DNA of 64,000 bases from an uncultured virus (IMG/VR IMGVR_UViG_3300042507_002066) (IMGVR_UViG_3300042507_002066), one strand, 5' to 3'. Positions 19,415-29,276 are shown, counted from the stretch's first letter. Translations and numbers: made by a program. Notes: generated by a model not told the origin, from the sequence alone.

Positions 19415-19965
19415 GTGTTTGCTCCTATTATATCTCTAAGTCTCTTAGGACCGGGGTTCTTCTTTTTATACTTCTTCATCTGCGAAGGTGTTAATCCAGG
19501 TTCGCCCTGCGGTCCAACACCGAGACCAGCTATGTTACCAGACCCGACATTTACTGTCGGTTCTTCTATCATTTTTTCCTTGACATCTTCTTCTATACCG
19601 ATATAATAGCAATATCTGCTAAAAAATAAATCTAGAGATTCATCGAGTTGCTCATCGGTGATAGACTCAGTGAGTAAAGAATCCTCGGAAAAATGGTTCC
19701 ACTCTTTTATGAGCCACAACGCAGCAGTGTATGAAGCAAGACGAGTGGAACCACCTGGGATCTTTGCAAGAAGCTTCTTAAGCTTTAGCACCATAAGATC
19801 GAATATACCAAAGGAATCTTTTTCACCTCTAGTGTTTCTTTCTTTTTTCTTCTTTAGAATATTTCCATCTTTATCGATTACGCCTTGTGCATACGCTTCC
19901 CATTTTTCAAATGGAGTTGTAAGTCTACGAATAAAGCTATATACAAGGAAAAGATCTACGACCAT
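19411..19965 (-). CDS. Conserved T4-like (probable virion) protein
   Basis: FIRRLTTPFEKWEAY..GVIDKDG motif. Confidence 0.65.
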   Translation of the reverse strand: MVVDLFLVYSFIRRLTTPFEKWEAYAQGVIDKDGNILKKKKERNTRGEKDSFGIFDLMVLKLKKLLAKIPGGSTRLASYTAALWLIKEWNHFSEDSLLTESITDEQLDESLDLFFSRYCYYIGIEEDVKEKMIEEPTVNVGSGNIAGLGVGPQGEPGLTPSQMKKYKKKNPGPKRLRDIIGANT

Positions 19966-19967
19966 TG

Positions 19968-20342
19968 TTAGATGCCTTTAAGAGTTTCTTCAATTGTTCT
20001 ATCGGATTCGATATGGTTGTTGTGTATCTTTTTATTTTCATACTCTATGAAAGCGGGCATGAAGTTTAAGTATTCAACAAACGGTTTTAAGTATTTATGA
20101 TACTCTTCTAGCTTCATAAAGAGCATGTTCGTAGCATCTACACCAAAACAATTATACAGAATGATAAGATGATTGAGAATCAACCTTTCCTTAAGATCTC
20201 CTGTCTGCTTATATCTACTAAAAAGCTTTCGTAAGTACTGAAATCTTTTTAGGTCTTCCTCAAACTCTGCTATGTCTGAACAATGCGGATTATCATAGTG
20301 TTTTGCAGCGTAGAGAAGAAAGGTTGATTCTCCTAGTTTCAT
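19968..20342 (-). CDS. Conserved T4-like hypothetical protein
   Basis: YAAKHYDNP and LKERLILNHLI motifs. Confidence 0.7.
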   Translation of the reverse strand: MKLGESTFLLYAAKHYDNPHCSDIAEFEEDLKRFQYLRKLFSRYKQTGDLKERLILNHLIILYNCFGVDATNMLFMKLEEYHKYLKPFVEYLNFMPAFIEYENKKIHNNHIESDRTIEETLKGI

Positions 20343-20348
20343 TTCAAA

Positions 20349-20972
20349 TTATGATGCAGTTACCGTTAGTACTGCGGTAGAAGATGTTACAACAGTAGGT
20401 GTATTATTTGGTGCTGAAACAAGTACACGATACTTATCGCCGTTAGTTGCGCCAGATCCTGGTGCCACTGCAGTTACACCTGTGGTATAGCTAGCGGCGT
20501 TCGTACCTACGTTAGTCCATGTAGTTCCAGATTCGTTAGATTGCTGAATCTGCCACTGGTAAGTAAGTGTTGCGGTAGGTGTCGCTGTTGCGGTAACAGT
20601 AAATGTTGCAGTGTTAGGTGCAACTCGTGAAACGCTAGCTGGTTGTACTGTAATCGCAATGATAGTGTCAGGTACAGTAGTATCTTCAATATTAGTGTTA
20701 CCGCTAATACCTAGGTCGCCTGCGGCTGCAGCTGTTACCTTCATCACGATAAGCGGTTCAGCTTTGTGACGTGTATTTCCAGTTCCATCGACGTATGTAT
20801 GATAAAGGTTCCAGCCAGGAGTACCTAGGCCTTTTGCTATGTTTGAAGCAACTGCTGCTTCTGTTAGGTCAACGAAGAATGCGTTGTCTAGGTCGTTGGA
20901 CTTGTTTGGATCGTTAGCATTGAGCCACTTAGGCACCGAAGCTAGCGTATCTGTTTTTCCCCATAAACTCAT
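20349..20972 (-). CDS. Virion structural protein with C-terminal Ig-like domain
   Basis: MSLWGKTD start; ITVQP..TATFTVTA..LTYQWQ..YRVLVS..AVLTV. Confidence 0.75.
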   Translation of the reverse strand: MSLWGKTDTLASVPKWLNANDPNKSNDLDNAFFVDLTEAAVASNIAKGLGTPGWNLYHTYVDGTGNTRHKAEPLIVMKVTAAAAGDLGISGNTNIEDTTVPDTIIAITVQPASVSRVAPNTATFTVTATATPTATLTYQWQIQQSNESGTTWTNVGTNAASYTTGVTAVAPGSGATNGDKYRVLVSAPNNTPTVVTSSTAVLTVTAS

Positions 20973-21137
20973 TTTATTTTCTCCTTATTATTGAGTTTTG
21001 TTTTTTCATGATGTTTTTTATTTAACTCAATATCAGTCTGTTCTTTTATTCCGTATGGATCGAAGTTATTTATGACATCTTCGATCCATTTTCCGTTCAG
21101 TACTTCTATTACTCTACGAAACACCTGACTATTCAAC

Positions 21138-23273
21138 TTAATCTGTAGCACGAACCTTTGGTTCACCAGCGATCGAAGGGTATGCTTTCTTACCAGCAAG
21201 ATTTAGACCAGGTCTACGCTTCTCAACTTGCTTGACGGATAGTTCTCCGGTGTTCGTCTTATCAGCAATTTTACGGATGTAACGACGAGCTAGGTCGCGA
21301 GAGATCTCGTCAAGACCTTCAACTTCTTCCTTCATCTTCTTTTTTCTCATAAGATGAAAATCATGCGAGTCGATTTTACCGTTCTTGTTGTGATCCAACT
21401 TCTTTTGACCGCCAACCAGTTTTTCTTCGAGATCTGCTTCTTCTTTTGCGAGTTTATCAGTAGCTCTAGTAATACCCTTCATACGGTTAACTATACCACG
21501 CTTTATATCTGGCGAAGATTTTCCCATTGAGGATGAGGCTTGTGCAGCAGCAACAGCAGTTTTACCAGCCATACTACCAGCAGCCTTCTTCACATATGAA
21601 CCGAGGGTTGATTTCTTGAGTTCATCAAGATTTTCAACTTCTTCTTTAGTTAGTTTATCAACTGCTTTAGCGATGCCCATATCTCTTTTATAGGATTTTT
21701 GGAGATTTGACGTGCTTGTATCTTTTTCGGCTCCACGCTTATATTCTCTTCCAGCTAGATTGCGTGAGGCTTTCTTAACATATGAACCAAGGGTCTTCTT
21801 TGAAAGTTCGTCGATCTGTTCGAATTCTTCTTTAGCTAGTTTATTTGAAGCGAGGGATACTCCCTTGCTACGCTTGTCCATAGTCTTTTTTTCTTTTGAA
21901 ATGTCTACAGACTGAGAATCCTTACTGCCTAGCATTTTATCAATTGCTGAGTCTGATGCACGATCCATGGCTTTACTTGCCGCAGATTTATATCTTTGCA
22001 AAGTTGCGGTCGAAACTTCATCAAGTTCAACTTCTTCTTTCGCAAGTTTACTAGTTGCTGTAGAAATACCAATCTGTCTTCCTAGGGCTTTCATGTAATT
22101 CTTACCACTATCTTTATCTCGAACGTCACCTGCTCTATAAGCTTTAGTAACAGCATCACCAGCAGCTTTTTTCACGTATGAACCAAGAGTCTTCTTTGAA
22201 AGTTCGTCGAGGGACTCGACTTCTTCTGTAGCGTTAACTTTCGCTTTTAGAGGAGAATTTTTATATTGGTTAGGATAAAGTTTTGCAGACGCTAGATTTG
22301 CATACTTCATGTGCTTATCTGCTTTTGGGTCGTCTGAAAGGCCTTTACGTAGCATTTGGCCTCCCACTTTACGTAAAGTGGCTTTTGAAATTTCATCAAG
22401 TTCAACAGACTCATTACGGTCGTAGACATATACGTCGTGATGGGCTGCATCTGCTTTTTGAATGCGCTGATGAGAATGGCCACCTGATTTTCCTGAAACG
22501 TCACTATTTACGCGCTTGCCGTCTTTGTATTTCGCACTAGGTGCATCCTTAGAATACTTATGTGCGTTAGGATTGTCTTTACCCAAACGACCTTGTAGTA
22601 CAACACGCTTACCAGTACCTTTTACTGACTTTTTAAGGTCGGCTAATCTTTTTTCAGATTCAGCATCGCCTGGTTTGTGAGTAAATTGATATGAGTCGCT
22701 CTTACGAGCTTCATCAAGTTCAACTTCTTCCATTTTATTGGCAGCTCTATTCAAACCAGTTACGCGGTTTTGTCCCTGCTTATAATCTTTAGAGGTCAGA
22801 GTACCCTTATCAAGTTTTTCTCTTTTCTTTCTTAAATCGAGAGCAGCCTTCGCGTGATAATTACGGAGCGTCTCCTGTGAAACTTCGTCAAGTTCAGCTT
22901 CTTCTTTCTTCATACGCTTATTCCAGCGGTGAGCTTGAATAGCTTTTAGAATCTCATCCTTGTTATCACCCTTTTTATTGAGATGCTTTTGGACAATAAC
23001 GTCAATCGAATGACCAGCGTCATGATCTGCAGCAATCTTTTTAGCATTTACTGCTTCATCAATATTTTCTTCGTTGAGTGAAGGTTTTACGGCCATATAT
23101 GCAGGCCCTTGGGTCTTTCTACGACGATCGTGTTCTGCCGATAGCTCTTTTTTGGTATAGCTACCATGTGGTACATTTTTCAAAACGTGAAACTTGAGAC
23201 GAGCATCAGACATTTTCGTGATTGACTCATCGAGCTCAACTGATTCGTTAATATAAGATTTGAATCTCTTCAT
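21138..23273 (-). CDS. Probable internal head polyprotein with 11 acidic (L/I)xE linkers between basic modules
   Basis: CTS-like MKRFKSYINE; repeated EEVELDE-type linkers and LSKKTLGSYVKKA module starts. Confidence 0.75.
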   Translation of the reverse strand: MKRFKSYINESVELDESITKMSDARLKFHVLKNVPHGSYTKKELSAEHDRRRKTQGPAYMAVKPSLNEENIDEAVNAKKIAADHDAGHSIDVIVQKHLNKKGDNKDEILKAIQAHRWNKRMKKEEAELDEVSQETLRNYHAKAALDLRKKREKLDKGTLTSKDYKQGQNRVTGLNRAANKMEEVELDEARKSDSYQFTHKPGDAESEKRLADLKKSVKGTGKRVVLQGRLGKDNPNAHKYSKDAPSAKYKDGKRVNSDVSGKSGGHSHQRIQKADAAHHDVYVYDRNESVELDEISKATLRKVGGQMLRKGLSDDPKADKHMKYANLASAKLYPNQYKNSPLKAKVNATEEVESLDELSKKTLGSYVKKAAGDAVTKAYRAGDVRDKDSGKNYMKALGRQIGISTATSKLAKEEVELDEVSTATLQRYKSAASKAMDRASDSAIDKMLGSKDSQSVDISKEKKTMDKRSKGVSLASNKLAKEEFEQIDELSKKTLGSYVKKASRNLAGREYKRGAEKDTSTSNLQKSYKRDMGIAKAVDKLTKEEVENLDELKKSTLGSYVKKAAGSMAGKTAVAAAQASSSMGKSSPDIKRGIVNRMKGITRATDKLAKEEADLEEKLVGGQKKLDHNKNGKIDSHDFHLMRKKKMKEEVEGLDEISRDLARRYIRKIADKTNTGELSVKQVEKRRPGLNLAGKKAYPSIAGEPKVRATD

Positions 23274-23334
23274 TTATTCTGTCCTTAGAAATTGATTGCC
23301 TAACATGAATTGCTGATACTAGATCTACTTACTT

Positions 23335-23342
23335 TATTTATA
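23335..23342 (-). promoter_or_regulatory. T4-type late promoter
   Basis: Exact TATAAATA upstream of the 711-aa gene. Confidence 0.75.
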
Positions 23343-23349
23343 AAAGTAG

Positions 23350-23658
23350 TTACCACTTAACTTTATCGGCCCAATAAGCAGCCGACATTTTTCCCTTAGC
23401 GATATTCTTACCGTGACGAGCTTTGAAAGACTTTCTCTTCATCTTCATTCTTTCGGATTCGCCTTCCTTAGGATCACCCGCAGTCTCGGCTCCTTGCTGT
23501 CCAAAGCGGATCGTCTTTACTTGATCGCCGGACTTTGCAACGACTATGTGACTCTTTTCTGGATGACTAGGAGTCGCCTTTGGCTTATTGAAACCGGCAA
23601 CTCCTGCTCTCTCGATACGAGGATCCTTTTCTTCGAGAAACTGCTTAAACGTCTTCAT
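23350..23658 (-). CDS. Basic probable internal head protein (DUF6321-like)
   Basis: CTS-like MKTFKQFLEE; KTIRFGQ, SFKARH, SAAYWA motifs. Confidence 0.7.
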   Translation of the reverse strand: MKTFKQFLEEKDPRIERAGVAGFNKPKATPSHPEKSHIVVAKSGDQVKTIRFGQQGAETAGDPKEGESERMKMKRKSFKARHGKNIAKGKMSAAYWADKVKW

Positions 23659-23948
23659 TTCATTAACCTTTGGATGTTTTCGATTGCTTTTTTACCATGA
23701 GGATGATGAGGATTGATACTTACTACATCACCATTCATCAGATCTGATATACTTGCTGCCTTGCCTAAACCGTCGATAGCTTTGTGCATAGGATCGTTCT
23801 TATCATATGTAACTTCATAGTTCTTTTTACCGCGAACCTCAACCCAGCCTCTTTGATTGGTATCACGCAACTTTAATACGTCAATATCTTTATCACGGAC
23901 ATATTGAACAAAATATGCTTCTGAGATGTATTGACTAAAACGAATCAT
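23655..23948 (-). CDS. Probable internal head protein
   Basis: CTS-like MIRFSQYISE. Confidence 0.6.
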   Translation of the reverse strand: MIRFSQYISEAYFVQYVRDKDIDVLKLRDTNQRGWVEVRGKKNYEVTYDKNDPMHKAIDGLGKAASISDLMNGDVVSINPHHPHGKKAIENIQRLMK

Positions 23949-24226
23949 TATCCACCAAACTCGTGGCCGGCGACTCGACGCATCTGCTTATTGAACTCTG
24001 CCTGTGATGGCTTTTCTTTATAGAGCTTGATTGAGATCTCTGGGCGCTCTTTACCCTTGATGCGCCAGTTCATTCCCTTTTCTTTATGCTCAGCACTCGT
24101 AGTCTTTACGACACGACGCTTGTATCCTGCTTCCCAAGACTCGGCTTCCGAGACGGTGCTGCATTGTCCGCAGCAGTCTGGCGTTCCGCAGTTTGGATGT
24201 TCTACGAATTCCTTAAAAGATTTCAT
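23948..24226 (-). CDS. Probable internal head protein
   Basis: Start MKSFKEFVE, then HPNCGTPDCCGQC. Confidence 0.65.
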   Translation of the reverse strand: MKSFKEFVEHPNCGTPDCCGQCSTVSEAESWEAGYKRRVVKTTSAEHKEKGMNWRIKGKERPEISIKLYKEKPSQAEFNKQMRRVAGHEFGG

Positions 24227-24227
24227 T

Positions 24228-25025
24228 TTACTTACCTGTCTTTTCTGCGTGATGAGCTTTTGCTTTTTCCATTGAGTCAAACTCTTTGTAGTACTTGCGA
24301 TCTGGTGAGTGAACTGCATAGGTCGCTTTCTTAGGAAACTTATTGTAGACCTTGGTGATGCGAAGATCTGAAGCTTCATCAAGTTTGATTTCTTCTCTGG
24401 CTACTAACTTGCGATACTTTTCTCCTGCCCTCACAGCACCGGCGGTTCTCTTATCGTATCTTTTCTTATGAGTAGCAAAATCTTTTCCACCAGCGGAAAC
24501 TCTCATATGACTTCTAGCTTTTGACGCGTCTATGTTAGCTTTACTTGCATAAGAAGAAAGCGTGTTCGGTGAAAGCTCATCAAGCTCTTCGACAGATTCC
24601 TTTGTAGCAAGAACTTTAGCTCTACCAGTTTGTTTAGCGAATGCTAGGTCACGACCAAACTTGCGCTTACGATACTTGTCAGAACCATCGTCACCAGATG
24701 GTTGATCCGCAAATGCCTTCTGACGATACACATCTAGCTTCTTATCGGATACTTCATCTAGTTGAACTTCTTCGTTCTTCTTATCCCAAGGAGCCTTTTT
24801 TAAAGAAACTGGTTTCTTTTCATCATTTGCTTTTGCAGCTGCATATGCCTTTCTATTCCCCATTGGGGTTGTTTTATCAGTAAAATCAGTATGAACATAT
24901 GCTTCGTCAACATCAGCTTCTTCTGGAACACAATTAGGAACTTTACGTCCATTCTTTTCTTTGATGCCAACCTGCTTGTATCCAGTCCAGCATGCTTCTT
25001 TTACAAACTTCTTAAAAGATTTCAT
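24228..25025 (-). CDS. Probable internal head polyprotein (4 linkers)
   Basis: MKSFKKFVKE; linkers EEADVDE, EEVQLDE, ESVEELDE, EEIKLDE. Confidence 0.7.
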   Translation of the reverse strand: MKSFKKFVKEACWTGYKQVGIKEKNGRKVPNCVPEEADVDEAYVHTDFTDKTTPMGNRKAYAAAKANDEKKPVSLKKAPWDKKNEEVQLDEVSDKKLDVYRQKAFADQPSGDDGSDKYRKRKFGRDLAFAKQTGRAKVLATKESVEELDELSPNTLSSYASKANIDASKARSHMRVSAGGKDFATHKKRYDKRTAGAVRAGEKYRKLVAREEIKLDEASDLRITKVYNKFPKKATYAVHSPDRKYYKEFDSMEKAKAHHAEKTGK

Positions 25026-25034
25026 TTTATCCTC

Positions 25035-27503
25035 TTAAAACTTATTGGCTGGATCGTCGTTATTGACGGCAGCTGCGTTGTAATGGCGAACTTTATATAG
25101 TGTACCGTCGTCGTCTCTTACTCTTAGCCAAGAAATGTCTCCGCCTACTACAGTACCCTTACGTAGTTGACCGTCGAACATATCCATCGAGTGTTTCGTA
25201 AAACGAACTCTATCGCCTCTCTTGAATGTGCCAAACGATCCTGCGAGCATAAACTCTTTAAGGGATTTCTCTCCGGGCGTATCTTTCTTATAAGTCTTGA
25301 CTAGCTTATCGGTCCCATCCTCACGATTATGAGGGTTCGGATCACCTTCTTGAATATCTCGAGATAGATTCTTGCTTGAAGATTTATCTCTTTGCTTTGC
25401 AGCATCAAGCATACGATCGTGCCTTCTTGCATCAGCCATCTTTTCTTGAGAGATCTTCATCTTCATCTTTGCTTGTTCTACGCCTTCGTCAACAGATTCA
25501 AAAGCGTTTCCGATCTTACCTGTTTTGACTTCTCCAGAATACTTCTTTTGCATTTGACGAGTAAGGTTCTTCTTCTCTGTACCAGTGATTTCGTCTGGTG
25601 TAGTCTTATCAAACTTATCCACGTCGCCATCAACATCTAAGTCGATTGCTTTACTTCCATGCATCATCATATGCTTTGGAGTTAGACCAACACCTAGCTT
25701 GTGCTTTAGAGCCTTTGGTATCTTAACTGCTTTATCAGGGTCCTTTATGTGGACAAAAGGATGAACTGCTGTTGGCGATACTGCTTCGCTTCTTACTTTA
25801 GCAGCAAGATCTGAGTCTGCCTTACCCCAAGTACCCTTGCCTTTTGTGGCAAACGAGTTAACTCTTGCGAGACCCCACTGAGTTGGAGTCGTACCTGGAC
25901 GGTGTCCAGTTCTCCAAGCAGCTACACCACGATCGAACACCTTCTTAAGTATTCCGTATGATATTCCGCTCTTTTCGGCTTTATTCTTGAGAGCTTCTTC
26001 TGGATTATTTTCCATAAGAACATCGTACTCTTCAGACATGACAAAGTTATCAACATCTTCCATGAGACCGAGTATTTCAAACGAAAAATCTTCGTGGCTC
26101 TCGTTAATCTGTTTCTTAAAGATCTTAAATCTTTTATCAAACTTAACAGAACCATTCTTTTCTAGTGCCATATGCGGTCTCTTACGAAACTTAGTATCTG
26201 CCTGTGAAGCTTCGTTAAGAGACTCGCCAAACATCTGTTTAAATTTTGTTGTGTGAACCGATGGCTTCGTCTTAGCACCTTTATCACCAGGCGCTGGCTT
26301 ATATGATGATTGCTCATCGTCGCTCTTTTTAGAATACTTTGCGAAGTGTCTAGCACGATCATCCTTTACACTTGATTTAACGCCAGCATAGTATCCCTTA
26401 GGCTGCGAACCCGGCATATGTGCCACGTCTTTGTCCTGCGGTTTAACGGTTCTTGATTCTAAGAAAGTTTCGAACGCAGTATCTAAAGATTCTTGTTTAG
26501 GCGCAAGGACATTCTTTAGTCTTTCTTTTTCTGCGGCACGAACTTTAGGAAGAAGCTTTGCTGCAATACGACCAATGACTGCCTTAGGTACTTTTGCAAG
26601 TCTTGCGTCTAGATTGATCTTTTCGGCAGGAGACATTTCCGAATACTTCTTGTTCTTCATAAGGCGATCACGAATAACTTCTAAAGCTCGCTTTCTTGCT
26701 CTCTTAAGAAGGTTTTCTTTTGGCGCCATCTTTCTCTTAGCTCTCTCACGAGCAGCCTTTATCTTTGTCTTATAACGTTTCATTATAAGACCACGTTTAC
26801 GTCTTTGAGCAAGAGTAAGAGGTGCTGCTTCTAAAACTACTTCTTCAGTGCTTTCTGTCATGTTCATTCCGTTTCTAACCATGTCATACACTTTCTTAGC
26901 TGACGATTTTAACTTTTTTGGAAGACCGTTCTTAAAAGCTTCAAGGTCCTTCTTAGCTGCAAGAGATCTCATCTTTGATGCTGACATACCAGAAACATCG
27001 TCAGAATCCGGATCTCTTTCTCCGGCAGATACTACTGATATATTCTCAAAATTGTATTCTTTTCCGTTATACTTATTCATAAGAGTCTCAAATTCATTGA
27101 CTCGATCCGAACCGACAACGATTACGAGTTCCGAATATTTTCCTGAGAGCTCTTTGGCTACTTCTATGAGTGTTTTTGATGTAGACTTTTTAACGATCTT
27201 GCCAAATGCAGATTGACCGAGAGATATCTTCTGATTGTACGATAGCGGGTTCTTTTTAGGATCTTGTGTATGAGACATATAGATCGCAGGTTCGCCCTTA
27301 CGCTTAATCGCTTCAGACATGACGGTGTTGACTAACTTTTCATGACCGGTTGTAATTGGATTAAAACGACCAAAACTAACGACAGCCACACCTCTTGCAG
27401 CTTCGTTCATAGTTGGCTCTGTTTCTATGTATTTTGTTGGGTCAAATTCTTTAAAGCTTTTTTGCTTCTTTTTCTTTGGATCAATCTTTTTATTGTCGTC
27501 CAT
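25035..27503 (-). CDS. Multidomain protein: HIGH-family (cytidylyltransferase/NMNAT-like) nucleotidyltransferase plus basic modules
   Basis: SFGRFNPITTGHEKL, VVGSDR, MSASKMR; later GILKKVFDRGVAAWRTGHRPG module. Confidence 0.75.
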   Translation of the reverse strand: MDDNKKIDPKKKKQKSFKEFDPTKYIETEPTMNEAARGVAVVSFGRFNPITTGHEKLVNTVMSEAIKRKGEPAIYMSHTQDPKKNPLSYNQKISLGQSAFGKIVKKSTSKTLIEVAKELSGKYSELVIVVGSDRVNEFETLMNKYNGKEYNFENISVVSAGERDPDSDDVSGMSASKMRSLAAKKDLEAFKNGLPKKLKSSAKKVYDMVRNGMNMTESTEEVVLEAAPLTLAQRRKRGLIMKRYKTKIKAARERAKRKMAPKENLLKRARKRALEVIRDRLMKNKKYSEMSPAEKINLDARLAKVPKAVIGRIAAKLLPKVRAAEKERLKNVLAPKQESLDTAFETFLESRTVKPQDKDVAHMPGSQPKGYYAGVKSSVKDDRARHFAKYSKKSDDEQSSYKPAPGDKGAKTKPSVHTTKFKQMFGESLNEASQADTKFRKRPHMALEKNGSVKFDKRFKIFKKQINESHEDFSFEILGLMEDVDNFVMSEEYDVLMENNPEEALKNKAEKSGISYGILKKVFDRGVAAWRTGHRPGTTPTQWGLARVNSFATKGKGTWGKADSDLAAKVRSEAVSPTAVHPFVHIKDPDKAVKIPKALKHKLGVGLTPKHMMMHGSKAIDLDVDGDVDKFDKTTPDEITGTEKKNLTRQMQKKYSGEVKTGKIGNAFESVDEGVEQAKMKMKISQEKMADARRHDRMLDAAKQRDKSSSKNLSRDIQEGDPNPHNREDGTDKLVKTYKKDTPGEKSLKEFMLAGSFGTFKRGDRVRFTKHSMDMFDGQLRKGTVVGGDISWLRVRDDDGTLYKVRHYNAAAVNNDDPANKF

Positions 27504-27530
27504 CTTGTCCTCTAAGGAGTATGTTCTTTC

Positions 27531-27538
27531 TATTTATA
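27531..27538 (-). promoter_or_regulatory. T4-type late promoter
   Basis: Exact TATAAATA. Confidence 0.75.
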
Positions 27539-27541
27539 ATA

Positions 27542-28102
27542 TCAGTCTCTTAAAGTAAAATTATCCTTTGAGAAGAAGTTCTTTGCGCAGTATTCCTTCT
27601 CTGTTGGATAGTCGTGAGGGCACGTCTTTTCTCTCTTCATTTCAGGATCTGTAAACGTTGCAGTCTCTTTCCAATCAAAACCATACACATCTACGTGCTT
27701 TGGGTTACAAGTTGATAAGTAGTCTAGAAAAATTAGACCCGTTGTTGGGTTACTGTATTTACCAGAATGCTTCTTTAACTCTTTATACAGATTTTCCGGA
27801 TAAACAAAGTCGACTGCATGTATGTTACTTGGTGTTCTTCCCTGATGGCCAGCATGCATCTTTTTAATATGTTTAGGTATCTTATTAAAGAAAGACTTAT
27901 ACTCAGCAGCATTCCAAAAGACCCAGACGTTGGTTTTCGTTCCGTGGCTCTTACTTACCTCTTGACGCGTGTATAACATCGCTGCTTTATTGATGCGCAC
28001 AACAACATCGTGTGCATCAATCTCTTCGCCGTAACTCTTACCAAAGAGTGCCATCGAGTTGCCTATCACGGCAACCGTTTTACTTTTAAACCATTCTTTC
28101 AT
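27542..28102 (-). CDS. GT29 (sialyltransferase-like) glycosyltransferase
   Basis: Sialylmotif-L-like VAVIGNS..YGEEIDAHDVVVRIN..G.KT; S-like PTTG..VDVYGFD; HDYPTE. Confidence 0.75.
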   Translation of the reverse strand: MKEWFKSKTVAVIGNSMALFGKSYGEEIDAHDVVVRINKAAMLYTRQEVSKSHGTKTNVWVFWNAAEYKSFFNKIPKHIKKMHAGHQGRTPSNIHAVDFVYPENLYKELKKHSGKYSNPTTGLIFLDYLSTCNPKHVDVYGFDWKETATFTDPEMKREKTCPHDYPTEKEYCAKNFFSKDNFTLRD

Positions 28103-28602
28103 TGTCTTAACACAAACTTTTTGTTGCTGAAAAATTTATTTATGCAGTATTGCTTTTCAAGAGCGAAATCATGTCGGTCGTCGTGAAGTTTTCTATCGTG
28201 AAAAGAAGAAGTCGCTTTCCAGTCGTAACCATATACGTTTACTTGATCTGGATTGTAAAGAGAGATCAAATGAAGTATCCTCAATCCTGTTGATGGGCGA
28301 TGATGACCGAGATCGTTTCTTAACCACTCGACGTCTATCTCAGGATGATGCAGTATCTCAACTATATGATCACAAGTTTTATTCGTAACTCTATTTGGCT
28401 TCATAGTCTTAAACCAGTTTAAAAACCAGACATCTGTTCTCTTACCATGAGACTTAATATCTTCTGGTTTTAACATAAAGAAGCCACGTTTGATCCTGCA
28501 AACGACCTGTGCAGAGTCTATTTCTTTACCATATGTTTTATCAAAAAGACTTCTTGCGTTTCCGACTATAGACACAGTCTTACCTTCAAATACTTCTCTC
28601 AT
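28099..28602 (-). CDS. GT29-like glycosyltransferase paralog
   Basis: VSIVGNA..YGKEIDS..VVCRI; PSTGL; VYGYD; HDFALE. Confidence 0.72.
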   Translation of the reverse strand: MREVFEGKTVSIVGNARSLFDKTYGKEIDSAQVVCRIKRGFFMLKPEDIKSHGKRTDVWFLNWFKTMKPNRVTNKTCDHIVEILHHPEIDVEWLRNDLGHHRPSTGLRILHLISLYNPDQVNVYGYDWKATSSFHDRKLHDDRHDFALEKQYCINKFFSNKKFVLRQ

Positions 28603-29276
28603 AATCCTCTCTGAAGACTGTAGTTCATGTAGATTCTTTCTCTATGCCATTCATCAGCCATTGGTGTTGTAGCGAAGTCATGGAAGCACGGAGTTCCTAA
28701 TGTATAGTGAAGAAGCTTTGCATTCTTGTTCTCTCCAAATTCGTCAGGTAGCCAGTTCCATTCGATAGGCAGTTCTCCAATTAGACTATCGTCTAGCCAA
28801 GTGAAACGATGAACGACTGCACCTGTCGCATTCTGCACAAACTCGGGAGTCACAACTCGATTCGCCTCGTGTCCACAGTTCCATAGTATCACACTTGACC
28901 AATTTTTGCGAGGATAATTTTCATTCTTTGCACCAAGATACTTTTCTTCCATGCGAGTCTTATAGTCGTGTTTTACGACCATGACGGCTTTCGTCTCGTC
29001 ACGCATATTCCACAACTCTGTAATGTCGTCACGAAGAATCATATCTCCGTCAAGGAACAAAGCCCAACCCTTATAGTTCATTAGGTGCGGAATAAGAAAG
29101 CGACTGTATATGAAGTGATTGCTGCCATCAGTATGCTTTTCTTCGTATCCGCTCAAGAGATTGAGTGATAGAGGATTTAAACTAATTGGCGATGTGGACA
29201 GTCTCATAATTGAGTTTGAACACACGTGATAAGCTGCTGATTCTCTCTTATCAAAACCAATAAAAATTGGTATCAT
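28599..29276 (-). CDS. GT-A glycosyltransferase (GT8-like)
   Basis: IFIGFD.RE, FIYSRFL, FLDGDM, YPRKNWSS, LHYTLGTP. Confidence 0.8.
   Translation of the reverse strand: MIPIFIGFDKRESAAYHVCSNSIMRLSTSPISLNPLSLNLLSGYEEKHTDGSNHFIYSRFLIPHLMNYKGWALFLDGDMILRDDITELWNMRDETKAVMVVKHDYKTRMEEKYLGAKNENYPRKNWSSVILWNCGHEANRVVTPEFVQNATGAVVHRFTWLDDSLIGELPIEWNWLPDEFGENKNAKLLHYTLGTPCFHDFATTPMADEWHRERIYMNYSLQRGL

Noticed and set aside
20969..21199. 76-aa ORF between the polyprotein and Ig-domain genes
   Set aside because: Start uncertain and no motif; a shorter gene may exist but cannot be supported.
21138..23273. CRISPR-like DNA repeats (tcatcaagttcaacttcttc)
   Set aside because: Degenerate, in-frame coding repeats of the EEVELDE linker with long spacing; no cas genes.
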